In this document: one piece after another, positions 9,182 through 18,138 of the stretch
Position numbering within the stretch: the first letter of the stretch is position 1
Layout: every line of letters starts with the position of its first letter
Source of the DNA: Burkholderiales bacterium
GTDB taxonomy: Bacteria; Pseudomonadota; Gammaproteobacteria; Burkholderiales; Burkholderiaceae_E
Reading direction: 5' to 3'
Length of the DNA stretch: 64,000 nt
Assembly (NCBI GenBank): GCA_027487815.1
Contig: JAIYCW010000062.1
Location: 7,204 to 71,203 of the forward strand
The notes under the pieces: model-generated
Databases searched by the model: none
Told to the model about the DNA's origin: nothing
What the model saw: the letters and a program-made list of their open reading frames with translations, nothing else
Position numbers and translations under genes: made by a program

Positions 9182-10078
9182 ATGCTTTCAAGTGACGACT
9201 TTGAGTTCTTTCTGGCCATCACCCGGGCCACCAATCTGGCGCAGGTTGGCCGTGACCTGAGCCTTTCAGCAGCAACTGTTACCCGCAAACTTGCCGATCT
9301 TGAAGCGCGCTGCGGGGTAAGCCTGCTGCATCGGGGCAGGCGAGGCTATCAATTCACCGATGCCGGGCAGCTCCTCGCCCAGCGCTGCACCCCGCTACTG
9401 GCAGACATGCAGCACCTGCAGGCCCAGCTAGCGGGCAGCAATCAGGCAGGAAGTGGCTTGCTCCGGGTACATGCCACCCTGGGTTTCGGGCGCCAGGTGC
9501 TTGCACAGTGGATCGCACGCTATCAGCGGCGGCACCCTCTGCTACGTATTCAGCTTGATGTCGCGGTCGACGTACCAAGCCTTTCGCCTGAGCAATTTGA
9601 TGTGGCGATCCGGATCGGTGAGCCGCCCGAACGCGACCTGATTGCCCGTAAACTGGCCTCGAACGAGCGCTGGCTGGTCGCAAGCCCCGACTATTTGCGC
9701 GAGGCCGGACACCCAACCCATCCGGAAGAGCTGAGCCATCATCGCTGCCTGGTGCTGCGCCAGGACCAAGAGGCTTTTAGCCTATGGCGGCTGCACCGGG
9801 GCCGCGAACATCTGCGCATCCGGGTCAATCCAACGCTAGCTTCAAATCACGGCGAAGTGATCCGGGCATGGGCCATTGACGGCTTGGGAATCGCATTACG
9901 CTCAGCCTTTGACGTGAGCCCGGCGATCAAATCCGGAGAGCTGGTCAGGGTGCTGCCCCAATACCAGGGGCCTGATGGTGATATCTATGCACTTTTTGCA
10001 CCGCAGCAAAGAACCACGTTGCGAGTCCGGCAATTCGTACAGTTTTTACAGCAGGAGTTCAAACTGGGTGAGTTGTAA
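9182..10078 (+). CDS. LysR-family transcriptional regulator
   Basis: N-terminal HTH 'FEFFLAITRATNLAQVGRDLSLSAATVTRKLADLE' plus a LysR substrate-binding domain. It is divergent from the hydrolase/tartrate dehydrogenase cluster. Confidence 0.85.
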   Translation: MLSSDDFEFFLAITRATNLAQVGRDLSLSAATVTRKLADLEARCGVSLLHRGRRGYQFTDAGQLLAQRCTPLLADMQHLQAQLAGSNQAGSGLLRVHATLGFGRQVLAQWIARYQRRHPLLRIQLDVAVDVPSLSPEQFDVAIRIGEPPERDLIARKLASNERWLVASPDYLREAGHPTHPEELSHHRCLVLRQDQEAFSLWRLHRGREHLRIRVNPTLASNHGEVIRAWAIDGLGIALRSAFDVSPAIKSGELVRVLPQYQGPDGDIYALFAPQQRTTLRVRQFVQFLQQEFKLGEL

Positions 10079-10129
10079 TTTGCCTTTGCCGGGGTCAACT
10101 CACCGGCTGGCCCAAACGTTCTGATTAAG

Positions 10130-10894
10130 ATGAATACACTACTTCGCCTGCCGTCTCAGCTTTATTCCACCTTGGCAATTGGCATTGCCGCCTTGGCGCT
10201 GACAGGCTGCGCCGTCACGGAAACCTCGCGCTCGACCACAGTGGTCCGAGTTCCGAGCCCCGTGAGCCAGGTCGTTGTTCAGGCACCGGTACCAGCCGCC
10301 GTGGTGGGTCAAACCGGCTTGAGCATCGGCGATGTGGTGGCCATGATTAGGTCCCAACGGCCCAGTGCCGAGATTGTTGCATCGATTCAGCAGCAAGGCA
10401 TGCGAGCTGCTTTGACAGCCTCCGATATCGACCTGCTTCTGGCCAATGGCGCAAGCCGCGATGTTGTCGACGCCTTGCTTCAGTCCCGCACGGTAGTTGC
10501 GGGCCCGGTAGTCAGCGCGCCGCAAGCCCAAAGCACCACAAGCACCACCGTGATCCAAACCCTGCCCGCTCCGGTGATAGTCCCCCGCGTGACCTACGGA
10601 TGGGGTGGTGGTTGGGGCGGCGGCTATTGGGGTGGGTCACCCTGGTATGGAGCCGGCTGGGGCGGTCGCCCCTGGGGTTGGGGGCCGCCAAGGATTTATT
10701 CACCTCCCGTTGTTATCTCGCCGCCCGTAGTGGTTGCCCCACACCCCGTTGCACCGCCCGTGTACAACGGCGGTAACTTTGGCCGATTTAACGTCCCGTC
10801 AAACCCAGCTCCCAGCATGGGGAGCGGCTTCCGGGGATATTCCTCTGGCGCTTCGCCCGGCGGTAGTGGCCCCAGACGACTGAGCAAAGATTAG
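10130..10894 (+). CDS. Lipoprotein with a Gly/Trp- and Pro/Val-rich C-terminal tail
   Basis: Lipobox 'LALTGC' after a signal peptide, a central helical pair, then 'YGWGGGWGGGYWGGSPWYGAGWGGRPWGWGPP' and PPV repeats. Confidence 0.65.
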   Translation: MNTLLRLPSQLYSTLAIGIAALALTGCAVTETSRSTTVVRVPSPVSQVVVQAPVPAAVVGQTGLSIGDVVAMIRSQRPSAEIVASIQQQGMRAALTASDIDLLLANGASRDVVDALLQSRTVVAGPVVSAPQAQSTTSTTVIQTLPAPVIVPRVTYGWGGGWGGGYWGGSPWYGAGWGGRPWGWGPPRIYSPPVVISPPVVVAPHPVAPPVYNGGNFGRFNVPSNPAPSMGSGFRGYSSGASPGGSGPRRLSKD

Positions 10895-11421
10895 CTGAAT
10901 CTTTCCATCACAGACCGCTCAGCCGCCAGCCAGTGGGTTACCGCTGGCGGCAAAGGACGGCGCTCAAAGACCTGACCCAATTTGGCATACGACTCGGAGT
11001 TGGCTATTAGGCCGTTGCGCCCAACTGCTGCGCCTTTCATGTACCCGGCTGCACACGGGGTGCCATCAAGCCGCAAGAATTCAAAGCGCATGAAGTTCCA
11101 GGCCTCATCTGCCCCTTCCAGACAAAACCGAAGCCGATAGCGCTGCCCTGGCATCAGGCCCTTACGGTAAGTAATCACCGTTCCACCAGACATGGGCCGC
11201 CACTTTTCCCGCAACATCACTCGCGCAAAGCCGATTCGAATGAAGTAGTCCATCAGCATCAGATCGACCACCGTGAGATAGCGCCCATTATTCATATGGC
11301 CATTGATATCGATATCCCCCGGCCACACCCGAAATTTGCGCTCGATCCACTCTCCCGGCAATACGGGCGAGCTGCGGAAACTACGCAGAATCATGAAAAT
11401 CAGGCGAAAATAGAGATTCAT
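10891..11421 (-). CDS. Hotdog-fold thioesterase-like protein
   Basis: 176 aa. 'VWPGDIDINGHMNNGRYLTVVD' resembles the 4HBT-type thioesterase active-site region. It is divergent from the MarR gene. Confidence 0.6.
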   Translation of the reverse strand: MNLYFRLIFMILRSFRSSPVLPGEWIERKFRVWPGDIDINGHMNNGRYLTVVDLMLMDYFIRIGFARVMLREKWRPMSGGTVITYRKGLMPGQRYRLRFCLEGADEAWNFMRFEFLRLDGTPCAAGYMKGAAVGRNGLIANSESYAKLGQVFERRPLPPAVTHWLAAERSVMERFS

Positions 11422-11451
11422 CTGGCCGCTCCGAGGAAGATATATTTCGTT

Positions 11452-11479
11452 CGTTATCGAACAATATAGTTCGATAACG
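11452..11479. promoter_or_regulatory. Perfect 11-6-11 inverted repeat, probable MarR operator
   Basis: CGTTATCGAAC-AATATA-GTTCGATAACG lies in the 74-bp divergent region between the thioesterase (start 11421) and MarR (start 11496). Confidence 0.5.
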
Positions 11480-11495
11480 CACTAATTGCAAGTGT

Positions 11496-11984
11496 ATGAA
11501 AAATCCAAAGCAACCGTTTGGTCAGGCACCCAAACCCCAAACTCCGGATGCGGTGCGCGCCTGGATTTCGGTGGTCAAGGCCTACAACCTGTGTGATGGC
11601 GTACTTGCCAGCCGCCTTGCTGCCCTGGGTTTGAGCACCGCAGAGCACGAAATACTCGTCAATCTTTTGCGTGAGCCCGGGCTTAACCAACAAGCTTTGG
11701 TCAAGCGCTGCTTCAACGCCAAAAGTCATGTCAGTGCACTTTTGCAAGGCCTGCAAAAGCGCGGTTTGCTCAAGCGTGAGATCGACCCCACAGACGCACG
11801 GGCCAAGCAACTCTTCTTGCTTGCGCCTGGCAAGAAACTCGCCGAAAAATGTATGGCAATTCAAAACCATGTTGTTGCCCTCATGGCCGAGCCGCTGGAG
11901 CCCGCCGAGTTCGCCCTGATTCAGGACACCATGGGGCGTATCAATGAAGTGCTGGAACTTGAAATGCTGAAGTTACAAGCCTGA
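11496..11984 (+). CDS. MarR-family transcriptional regulator
   Basis: 162 aa with a winged-helix core ('LSTAEHEILVNLLREPGLNQQALVKRCFNAKSHVSALLQGLQKRGLLKRE'). Confidence 0.85.
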   Translation: MKNPKQPFGQAPKPQTPDAVRAWISVVKAYNLCDGVLASRLAALGLSTAEHEILVNLLREPGLNQQALVKRCFNAKSHVSALLQGLQKRGLLKREIDPTDARAKQLFLLAPGKKLAEKCMAIQNHVVALMAEPLEPAEFALIQDTMGRINEVLELEMLKLQA

Positions 11985-12016
11985 GCCTGTGCCAAGCCTC
12001 TCCCGCGAAAGCAATA

Positions 12017-12622
12017 ATGACCACCGCAATTCAGCTTCCGGAAAACGCGATCCATCCGCTTAGCGTTGGTGAATGGCGCAGCTGGCTTCAAAGCCACCAT
12101 CAGCGCGATACCGGGGTGTGGCTAGTCAGCTTCAAGAAAGCCAGCGGCCTGCCCCGCTTTGACTATGACGAGGCTGTGGAGCAAGCGCTTTGTTTTGGAT
12201 GGGTCGATAGCAAACCCGCCAAGCTGGATGATCAACGCAGCATGCTTTGGTTTGCACCGCGCAAACCCTCGAGTGCGTGGTCCGCAATTAACAAAGCCAG
12301 AGTCGAGCACTTGATTGCGGCCAGGCAGATGCATCCTGCTGGTTTGGCGGTGGTTGAACAAGCCAAGTTAAACGGCCGTTGGCAAGCGCTTGATGCGGTT
12401 GAAGCGCTTGAATACCCGGCTGACCTGCTCCTGGCCTTCAAGAATTATCCTAAGGCCAAGGCGCTATTTGACGCATTTCCTCGCTCCGCAAAGCGCGGCA
12501 TTCTGGAGTGGATCATGCAGGCCAAAACACCACCCACCCGTACCAAGCGGATTGAAGAAACCGCCCGGCTCGCTGCGCAAAACATTCGCGCCAATCAATG
12601 GACTCCCAAAAAAACATCTTGA
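12017..12622 (+). CDS. YdeI/OmpD-associated family protein
   Basis: 201 aa. 'WRSWLQSHH...GVWL' at the N-terminus and 'KRGILEWI..AK.P.TR.KRIEE' at the C-terminus are typical of this family. Confidence 0.7.
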   Translation: MTTAIQLPENAIHPLSVGEWRSWLQSHHQRDTGVWLVSFKKASGLPRFDYDEAVEQALCFGWVDSKPAKLDDQRSMLWFAPRKPSSAWSAINKARVEHLIAARQMHPAGLAVVEQAKLNGRWQALDAVEALEYPADLLLAFKNYPKAKALFDAFPRSAKRGILEWIMQAKTPPTRTKRIEETARLAAQNIRANQWTPKKTS

Positions 12623-13281
12623 ATCCAGTGGCCCCGCTCCGTATCGCGCTGATTCATGCACTGGCCGAATCGGTTGCACCCATCAACGAAGCTTTCTCAC
12701 GGCTTTGGCCACAGGCCAAACTGATGAATCTATTGGACGACAGCTTATCGGGTGATCTTGCTGCCTCCGGTAATGGGCTCGACCAACCGATGCATGATCG
12801 CTTCATGGCCTTGAGCAACTACGCTTTCAGCACAGGGGCTCAGGGCATTCTCTTTACCTGCTCGGCATTTGGTTCCTGCATTGAGGCTGTCCAAGCTCGC
12901 TGGCCCACCATTCCAATACTCAAGCCCAATCAGGCGATGATTGCAGAAGTCGAAGCGGCAGGCTTTGAACGAATTGGATTGCTGGCAAGCTTCGGCCCTA
13001 CTCTCGCGTCCATGCCTGCGGAATTTTCGCCGAAGTTATCCATCGAGCCGAGTCTATGCATGGGTGCACTCGAGGCCCTCAAGGGCGGAGATGCAAAGCG
13101 CCACGATGCGATCATTGTTGATCACGCACTAGCTTTGAAAGCCGCCGGCGTCCAGGCGCTAGCCATCGCGCAATTCAGCATGGCTCGGTCAGCGGGGCCG
13201 GTGCGCGAGGCCGCAGGCTTGCCGGTGTTTACCACGCCCGAATCTGCGGTGCGAGCAATCCGGACCCGGCTGCACGCTTAG
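12598..13281 (+). CDS. Asp/Glu/hydantoin racemase-superfamily protein
   Basis: 227 aa. '[10 protein letters not shown]' and '[10 protein letters not shown]' resemble the two Cys/Ser-loop regions of this fold. The start is uncertain: ATG 12598 overlaps ydeI by 25 nt, and TTG 12619 or GTG 12628 are alternatives. Confidence 0.5.
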   Translation: MDSQKNILNPVAPLRIALIHALAESVAPINEAFSRLWPQAKLMNLLDDSLSGDLAASGNGLDQPMHDRFMALSNYAFSTGAQGILFTCSAFGSCIEAVQARWPTIPILKPNQAMIAEVEAAGFERIGLLASFGPTLASMPAEFSPKLSIEPSLCMGALEALKGGDAKRHDAIIVDHALALKAAGVQALAIAQFSMARSAGPVREAAGLPVFTTPESAVRAIRTRLHA

Positions 13282-14012
13282 TGGCTAAGAATCTTCGAGA
13301 GAAACTCTTGCGCGCGCGGTGAACGCTGGGTATTGAAGAACTCGTCTTTGGTGCAATCCTCAACGATCTTGCCTGCATCCATGAAGATCACCCGATCACT
13401 TACTTTGCGGGCAAAGCCCATTTCGTGAGTCACCACCATCATGGTCATGCCTTCTTTGGCCAGCTGCACCATCACATCGAGCACCTCATTGACCATTTCC
13501 GGGTCAAGCGCTGAGGTGGGCTCATCAAACAGCATGGCAATCGGATCCATGGCCAAGGCCCGCGCAATTGCCACCCGTTGCTGCTGACCGCCCGAAAGCT
13601 GCCCAGGAAACTTGTGGGCATGGGCACTCAGCCCAACACGTTCCAGCAGCTTGAGGCCCTTGGCATTGGCCTCTTCCTTGCTGCGATTGAGCACCTTCAT
13701 CTGACCCAGGGTCAGGTTCTCGGTAATGGAGAGATGCGGAAACAATTCGAAGTGCTGAAACACCATCCCAATGCGTGAGCGCAGTTTGGGCAGATCAGTG
13801 CCACGGGCGCCCACCGATACGCCGTCCACAAAAATCTCGCCTTTCTGAAAAGGCTCCAATGCATTGGCAGTTTTAATCAGGGTGGATTTACCAGACCCGG
13901 AAGGCCCGCACACCACAACGACTTCGCCTTTGTTGATTGAGGTAGTGCAATCGGTGAGCACCTGAAAGCTGCCGTACCACTTGCTGACGTTTTTGAAATC
14001 GATCATGGCCAT
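13278..14012 (-). CDS. gltL: Glutamate/aspartate (polar amino acid) ABC transporter ATP-binding protein
   Basis: Walker A 'GPSGSGKST', signature '[15 protein letters not shown]', Walker B '[11 protein letters not shown]'. The start was trimmed to '[14 protein letters not shown]'. Confidence 0.9.
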   Translation of the reverse strand: MAMIDFKNVSKWYGSFQVLTDCTTSINKGEVVVVCGPSGSGKSTLIKTANALEPFQKGEIFVDGVSVGARGTDLPKLRSRIGMVFQHFELFPHLSITENLTLGQMKVLNRSKEEANAKGLKLLERVGLSAHAHKFPGQLSGGQQQRVAIARALAMDPIAMLFDEPTSALDPEMVNEVLDVMVQLAKEGMTMMVVTHEMGFARKVSDRVIFMDAGKIVEDCTKDEFFNTQRSPRAQEFLSKILSH

Positions 14013-14028
14013 AATTTTTCTCCCGAAC

Positions 14029-14715
14029 CTATCGAACGATGGCAATACGCTGCTGCAAGCGCTTGACCAGGAAGGACATCGCAAAACAAATCACAAAATA
14101 AACCAGTGCTACAAACAGGTACATCTCGACCACCCGGCTGTCGCGCTGGGCGATCTTGGTGGCCGCGCCCACAAAATCCGTCACGTTAAGCAGCGAGACC
14201 AGGGACACATCCTGAAAGAGAATGATGGTCTGGGTAAGCAACACCGGCAGCATGTTGCGAAATGCCTGTGGCAGCACGATCAGGCGCATGGCCTGCGAGT
14301 AAGTCAATCCGACGGCATAAGCAGCACCAACTTGCCCCTTTGAAATACTCTGAATACCCGCGCGCATGATTTCGCAGAAGTACGCGCCTTCAAAAAGTAT
14401 GAAAGTGATATAGGCGGAGCGCTCGGCACCGATCTGTGGCGGGCGATCAGCACCGGTCATGATCTGAATCAGCACCGGCACCAAAAAGTAAAACCAGAAG
14501 ATCACCAGCAGCAGGGGTATCGAACGCATCAGGTTCACATAGCCGGCTGCGAGCATCGAAAGCCAGCGGATGGAGGAGAGCCGCGCAAGCGCCAGCAAAG
14601 TGCCCCAGATCACGCCCCCGATGGCGCACACAACCGTCAGCTGAATCGTGTACTGAAGCCCTTTCCAAAGATAGGGCCAGGTGCGGCTGATGACTTCAAA
14701 TTCGAGACCAAACAT
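14029..14715 (-). CDS. gltK: Amino acid ABC transporter permease
   Basis: 228 aa, His/Glu/Gln/Arg/opine-type permease. It has the EAA-like loop '[28 protein letters not shown]'. Confidence 0.85.
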   Translation of the reverse strand: MFGLEFEVISRTWPYLWKGLQYTIQLTVVCAIGGVIWGTLLALARLSSIRWLSMLAAGYVNLMRSIPLLLVIFWFYFLVPVLIQIMTGADRPPQIGAERSAYITFILFEGAYFCEIMRAGIQSISKGQVGAAYAVGLTYSQAMRLIVLPQAFRNMLPVLLTQTIILFQDVSLVSLLNVTDFVGAATKIAQRDSRVVEMYLFVALVYFVICFAMSFLVKRLQQRIAIVR

Positions 14716-15440
14716 TATTTGCCTCCCGAAATGTAACCGGGTACAGCAACCTTCTTTTCGATAAATGCCATGACCCGATTCGCGGTCATCGCAATAGCGA
14801 CATAGATGAGTGTTGCAGCGGCAAACGCCTCAAAATAGCGGAAGGTGAGCTCGCCCATTTCACGGGTGCGAAAGAACAATTCAACCATACCGATCGAATA
14901 AGCCACCGCGGTGTTCTTGATCAGGTTCATCGTCTCGGAAGTGAGCGGCGGAATAATGATCCGATACGCCATGGGCAGCAGTACGAACCGGTAGGTCTGC
15001 GGTTCTGTCAGCCCGATGGCATATCCTGCCGCGCGCTGGCCCCGAGGCAGGGATCCGATGCCTGAGCGCACCTGCTCGGAAATCCGGGCGGCGGTAAACA
15101 AGCCAAGGCAGACCACGGCGGTAAAAAGCTGGTGGGTCGAGGGATCCAGGGTGATCACCCACGCTTTGACTGCGGGAATCACGCCGGGCAGCACAAAGTA
15201 CCAAAGGAAAAACTGGACAATCAGTGGAATATTGCGAAACAGTTCCACGTAGGCATTGCCCAGTCGCACCATCCAGGGCTTGGAAGTGGTGCGCATCACG
15301 CCAAGCAGTGAGCCGAGGAAAAACGCAATAATCGCAGCGAAAAAGGCCACGCTGAGGGTATAACCGAGGCCGTCAAGCAACACCTGTAGCCAGGTGCCAT
15401 CGCCATCGGCATTCTCTTCAAAAAAGATGCCCAGATTCAC
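14715..15440 (-). CDS. gltJ: Amino acid ABC transporter permease
   Basis: 241 aa with 'LPRGQRAAGYAIGLTEPQTYRFVLLPMA'. Its stop overlaps the gltK start by 1 nt. Confidence 0.85.
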   Translation of the reverse strand: MNLGIFFEENADGDGTWLQVLLDGLGYTLSVAFFAAIIAFFLGSLLGVMRTTSKPWMVRLGNAYVELFRNIPLIVQFFLWYFVLPGVIPAVKAWVITLDPSTHQLFTAVVCLGLFTAARISEQVRSGIGSLPRGQRAAGYAIGLTEPQTYRFVLLPMAYRIIIPPLTSETMNLIKNTAVAYSIGMVELFFRTREMGELTFRYFEAFAAATLIYVAIAMTANRVMAFIEKKVAVPGYISGGK

Positions 15441-15521
15441 TTTTTCCTCCCTCTGCCTTGGCCTGATCGTGAGGCCGATATCGTTGTAGTTACTTCTTTA
15501 CATCAGTCTTGTAGCTGCAAT

Positions 15522-15551
15522 AAAAAAGCCGCGCAACATTACTCGCGCGGC
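15522..15551 (-). terminator. Rho-independent terminator/attenuator between gltI and gltJ
   Basis: On the minus strand, GCCGCGC-(10 nt loop)-GCGCGGC is followed by TTTTTTA. It lies 44 nt downstream of the gltI stop. Confidence 0.55.
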
Positions 15552-15594
15552 TTGTTCTGCTTCGTCGGTACCTTAAGCTCCGCTCAACAAAGGA

Positions 15595-16488
15595 TCAAAC
15601 ACCCTTGTCGTTAGGATTGCGCAGTGCTTCGCGCAGTGCCGGTGTCATCGGGAAATTGAGGTTTGCATTGCGCGGGGGAATCGGCGAAGTGAACCACTTG
15701 TTATAAATACGCTCCATCTCGGGGCTGCGGTACAACGCACTAAGAGTCCGGTCAACCAGCGCCTTGAACTGTGGATCGTCCTTGCGCAGCATCGGACCGT
15801 AGGGCTCCGTGCGCAGCGACTCATTAATGATCATGAAGTCTGCGGGCGCGCGGGAGTTGGCAATCTGACCTGCTAGCAACACGTCATCCATGATGAAAGC
15901 AACGACACGGTCTTCTGCCAAGAGCAGGAAAGACTCGGCATGATCCTTGCCATAGATTTCCTTGACGTCTGCACCTTGCGCTTTTTCATACTGCTTGATC
16001 AGCGGAACCGCAGTAGTGCCGGAAGTGGTGGACACGGTTTTGCCGTTCAGCGAAGCAATCGAGGTCAAGCCAGAAGATTTCTTCACAGCGGCTGTCACAT
16101 TGATCACGAAGTAGGTCGGGCCAAATGCAACTTCTTGCTGGCGCACCATCGAGTTGGTGGTCGAGCCGCATTCCAGATCGATCGTGCCATTTTTGAGCAG
16201 CGGAATCCGGTTGCTGGAGGTGACAGGCTGAAAATTCACTTTCAGATTGGGCATCTTGAGCTCGGCCTTCACCGCATCCACAACCTTCATGCAGATGTCC
16301 ATGGAGTAGCCAATCGGCTGCTGCTTGTCATCCAGGTAGGAAAACGGAATCGAGGACTCGCGGTGGCTCACGGTGAACACACCGGTTTCCTTGATTTTCT
16401 TGAGCGTCCCGGTAAGTTCCTGGGCCACCACCGAGCCTGCGCTCAGAGCAACCGCTGCACCCACCATCAAATTAACGATATGTTTCAT
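15595..16488 (-). CDS. gltI: Glutamate/aspartate ABC transporter periplasmic binding protein
   Basis: 297 aa with a signal peptide, SBP_bac_3 features ('TLKKIKETGVFTVSHRESSIPFSY') and a GltI-like length. Confidence 0.85.
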   Translation of the reverse strand: MKHIVNLMVGAAVALSAGSVVAQELTGTLKKIKETGVFTVSHRESSIPFSYLDDKQQPIGYSMDICMKVVDAVKAELKMPNLKVNFQPVTSSNRIPLLKNGTIDLECGSTTNSMVRQQEVAFGPTYFVINVTAAVKKSSGLTSIASLNGKTVSTTSGTTAVPLIKQYEKAQGADVKEIYGKDHAESFLLLAEDRVVAFIMDDVLLAGQIANSRAPADFMIINESLRTEPYGPMLRKDDPQFKALVDRTLSALYRSPEMERIYNKWFTSPIPPRNANLNFPMTPALREALRNPNDKGV

Positions 16489-16573
16489 TTCTACAAGTCT
16501 CCAATAAAAACAAATATAACCACTCAGTCTAACAAAACACCTCGGGCGTGCACCCTAGGCATTACCCGCAGCA

Positions 16574-17992
16574 TTATGAAGCGCGGCGCACTGTTGTGAG
16601 GCGGTGGGGGCGGGTTAAGACCTCCACCTGCAGCACTTCAGTGAGTTTTGCTTCATCTAGCAAACCTTGTTCCAGGACCAATTCGGCGACCCCTCGGCCA
16701 GTCGCGATCGCCTCTCGGGCGATCCGCGTGGCGTTTTCGTAGCCAATATACGGGTTCAATGCCGTGGCTAACCCAGCCGACGACCGCACCCGACGCTCAA
16801 GCAACTCTCGATTAGCGGTAATCCCGACCACACAATGATCGGTAAGCGTCCGGCAGCCGGCAGCCAAATGCTGAATGCTCTTGAAGAGACTCCACGCAAT
16901 AATGGGCTCAAAGGCATTGAGCTGAAGCTGGCCCGCCTCGGAAGCCATGGTCACGGTCACATCATTGCCAATCACTTCGAAGGCAATTTGATTCACTACT
17001 TCGGGAATAATCGGATTGACCTTGCCCGGCATGATGCTCGATCCGGCGGCGCGCGCTGGCAGATTGATTTCGCCCAATCCAGCCTGCGGGCCCGAAGAGA
17101 GCAAACGCAGATCGTTGCAGGTTTTTGAAAGCTTGCAGGCAATCCGTTTGAGCACCCCTGAAAGCTGCACAAAAGCACCCGTGTCCTGGGTGGCCTCGAC
17201 CATGTCAGCCGCCGGCTTGACCGGCAGCCCGGTGATCTGCGCAAGATATCGGCACGCGGAAGCCGCATACTCCGGGTCGGTATTGATTCCTGTGCCGATT
17301 GCAGTCGCCCCAAGATTGACCTCTTGAATCAAGGCCATGGCTTCGCTCAAGCGCGCCTCATCTTCGCCTAGCATCACCGCATAAGTCCGAAACTCCTGGC
17401 CCAAAGTCATCGGCACAGCGTCTTGCAACTGGGTGCGCCCAAGCTTCAACACATCGCGAAACTCAAATGATTTGGCCTCAAATGCTGAGCGCAGATGCGC
17501 CATAGCCTTGAGCAAATCCTGAATCGCATACGAGCTCGCCACCCGCAACGCCGTGGGATACACATCGTTGGTGCTCTGTGAGGCATTCACATCCTCGATA
17601 GGATGCACGACCTGATAGTGACCTTTGGTGCCGCCGAGCAACTCAATTGCACGATTGGCAATGACCTCATTGGCATTCATGTTGGTAGATGTGCCCGCCC
17701 CCCCCTGCACCACATCCACCACAAACTGGTCCAGCAACTTCCCGGCGATAAGTTCATCGCAGGCCTGAAGAATCACTTTGGACTTGTCGGCTTCAAGCTG
17801 CCCCAGATCAGTATTCGCGCGAGCGGCCGCTTGTTTGACCTGCGCCAGGGCTTTAATCAATGCGGGATAGTTACCAATTGTGAGGCCGCTGATCGGGAAA
17901 TTCTCCCGAGCCCGCAGAGTGTGAATTCCCCAATAAGCCTGAGCCGGTACTTCGCGCTCACCCAGCAGATCATGCTCAATACGCACAGCCAT
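16574..17992 (-). CDS. aspA: Aspartate ammonia-lyase
   Basis: 472 aa. It has the fumarate-lyase signature 'GSSIMPGKVNP' and the AspA-like N-terminus 'RIEHDLLGEREVPAQAYWGIHTLRARENF'. It sits next to the Glu/Asp transporter. Confidence 0.8.
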   Translation of the reverse strand: MAVRIEHDLLGEREVPAQAYWGIHTLRARENFPISGLTIGNYPALIKALAQVKQAAARANTDLGQLEADKSKVILQACDELIAGKLLDQFVVDVVQGGAGTSTNMNANEVIANRAIELLGGTKGHYQVVHPIEDVNASQSTNDVYPTALRVASSYAIQDLLKAMAHLRSAFEAKSFEFRDVLKLGRTQLQDAVPMTLGQEFRTYAVMLGEDEARLSEAMALIQEVNLGATAIGTGINTDPEYAASACRYLAQITGLPVKPAADMVEATQDTGAFVQLSGVLKRIACKLSKTCNDLRLLSSGPQAGLGEINLPARAAGSSIMPGKVNPIIPEVVNQIAFEVIGNDVTVTMASEAGQLQLNAFEPIIAWSLFKSIQHLAAGCRTLTDHCVVGITANRELLERRVRSSAGLATALNPYIGYENATRIAREAIATGRGVAELVLEQGLLDEAKLTEVLQVEVLTRPHRLTTVRRAS

Positions 17993-18138
17993 TCAGTGGT
18001 TACCTTAGGCGCCCTGGGCGCTGTCTGAGAAGCCGCGCACTTTACGAGCGCCGCGCCGTTCCGGCCAATGCTGATTGCTCATTAAACTATGCAAAAAAAG
18101 CATAGCCTCGGCAAACCACCATATAGCCCCTCCCGACC

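Noticed and set aside
10590-10700. Apparent short tandem DNA repeats (GGN/TGG-rich), considered as a possible repeat array
   Set aside because: They are in frame within the lipoprotein CDS and encode the Gly/Trp tract. The same applies to the Gly-rich stretch of ssb (about 58600-58740) and the A/P/S tail of the FmdB gene. They are not CRISPR or VNTR-type intergenic repeats.
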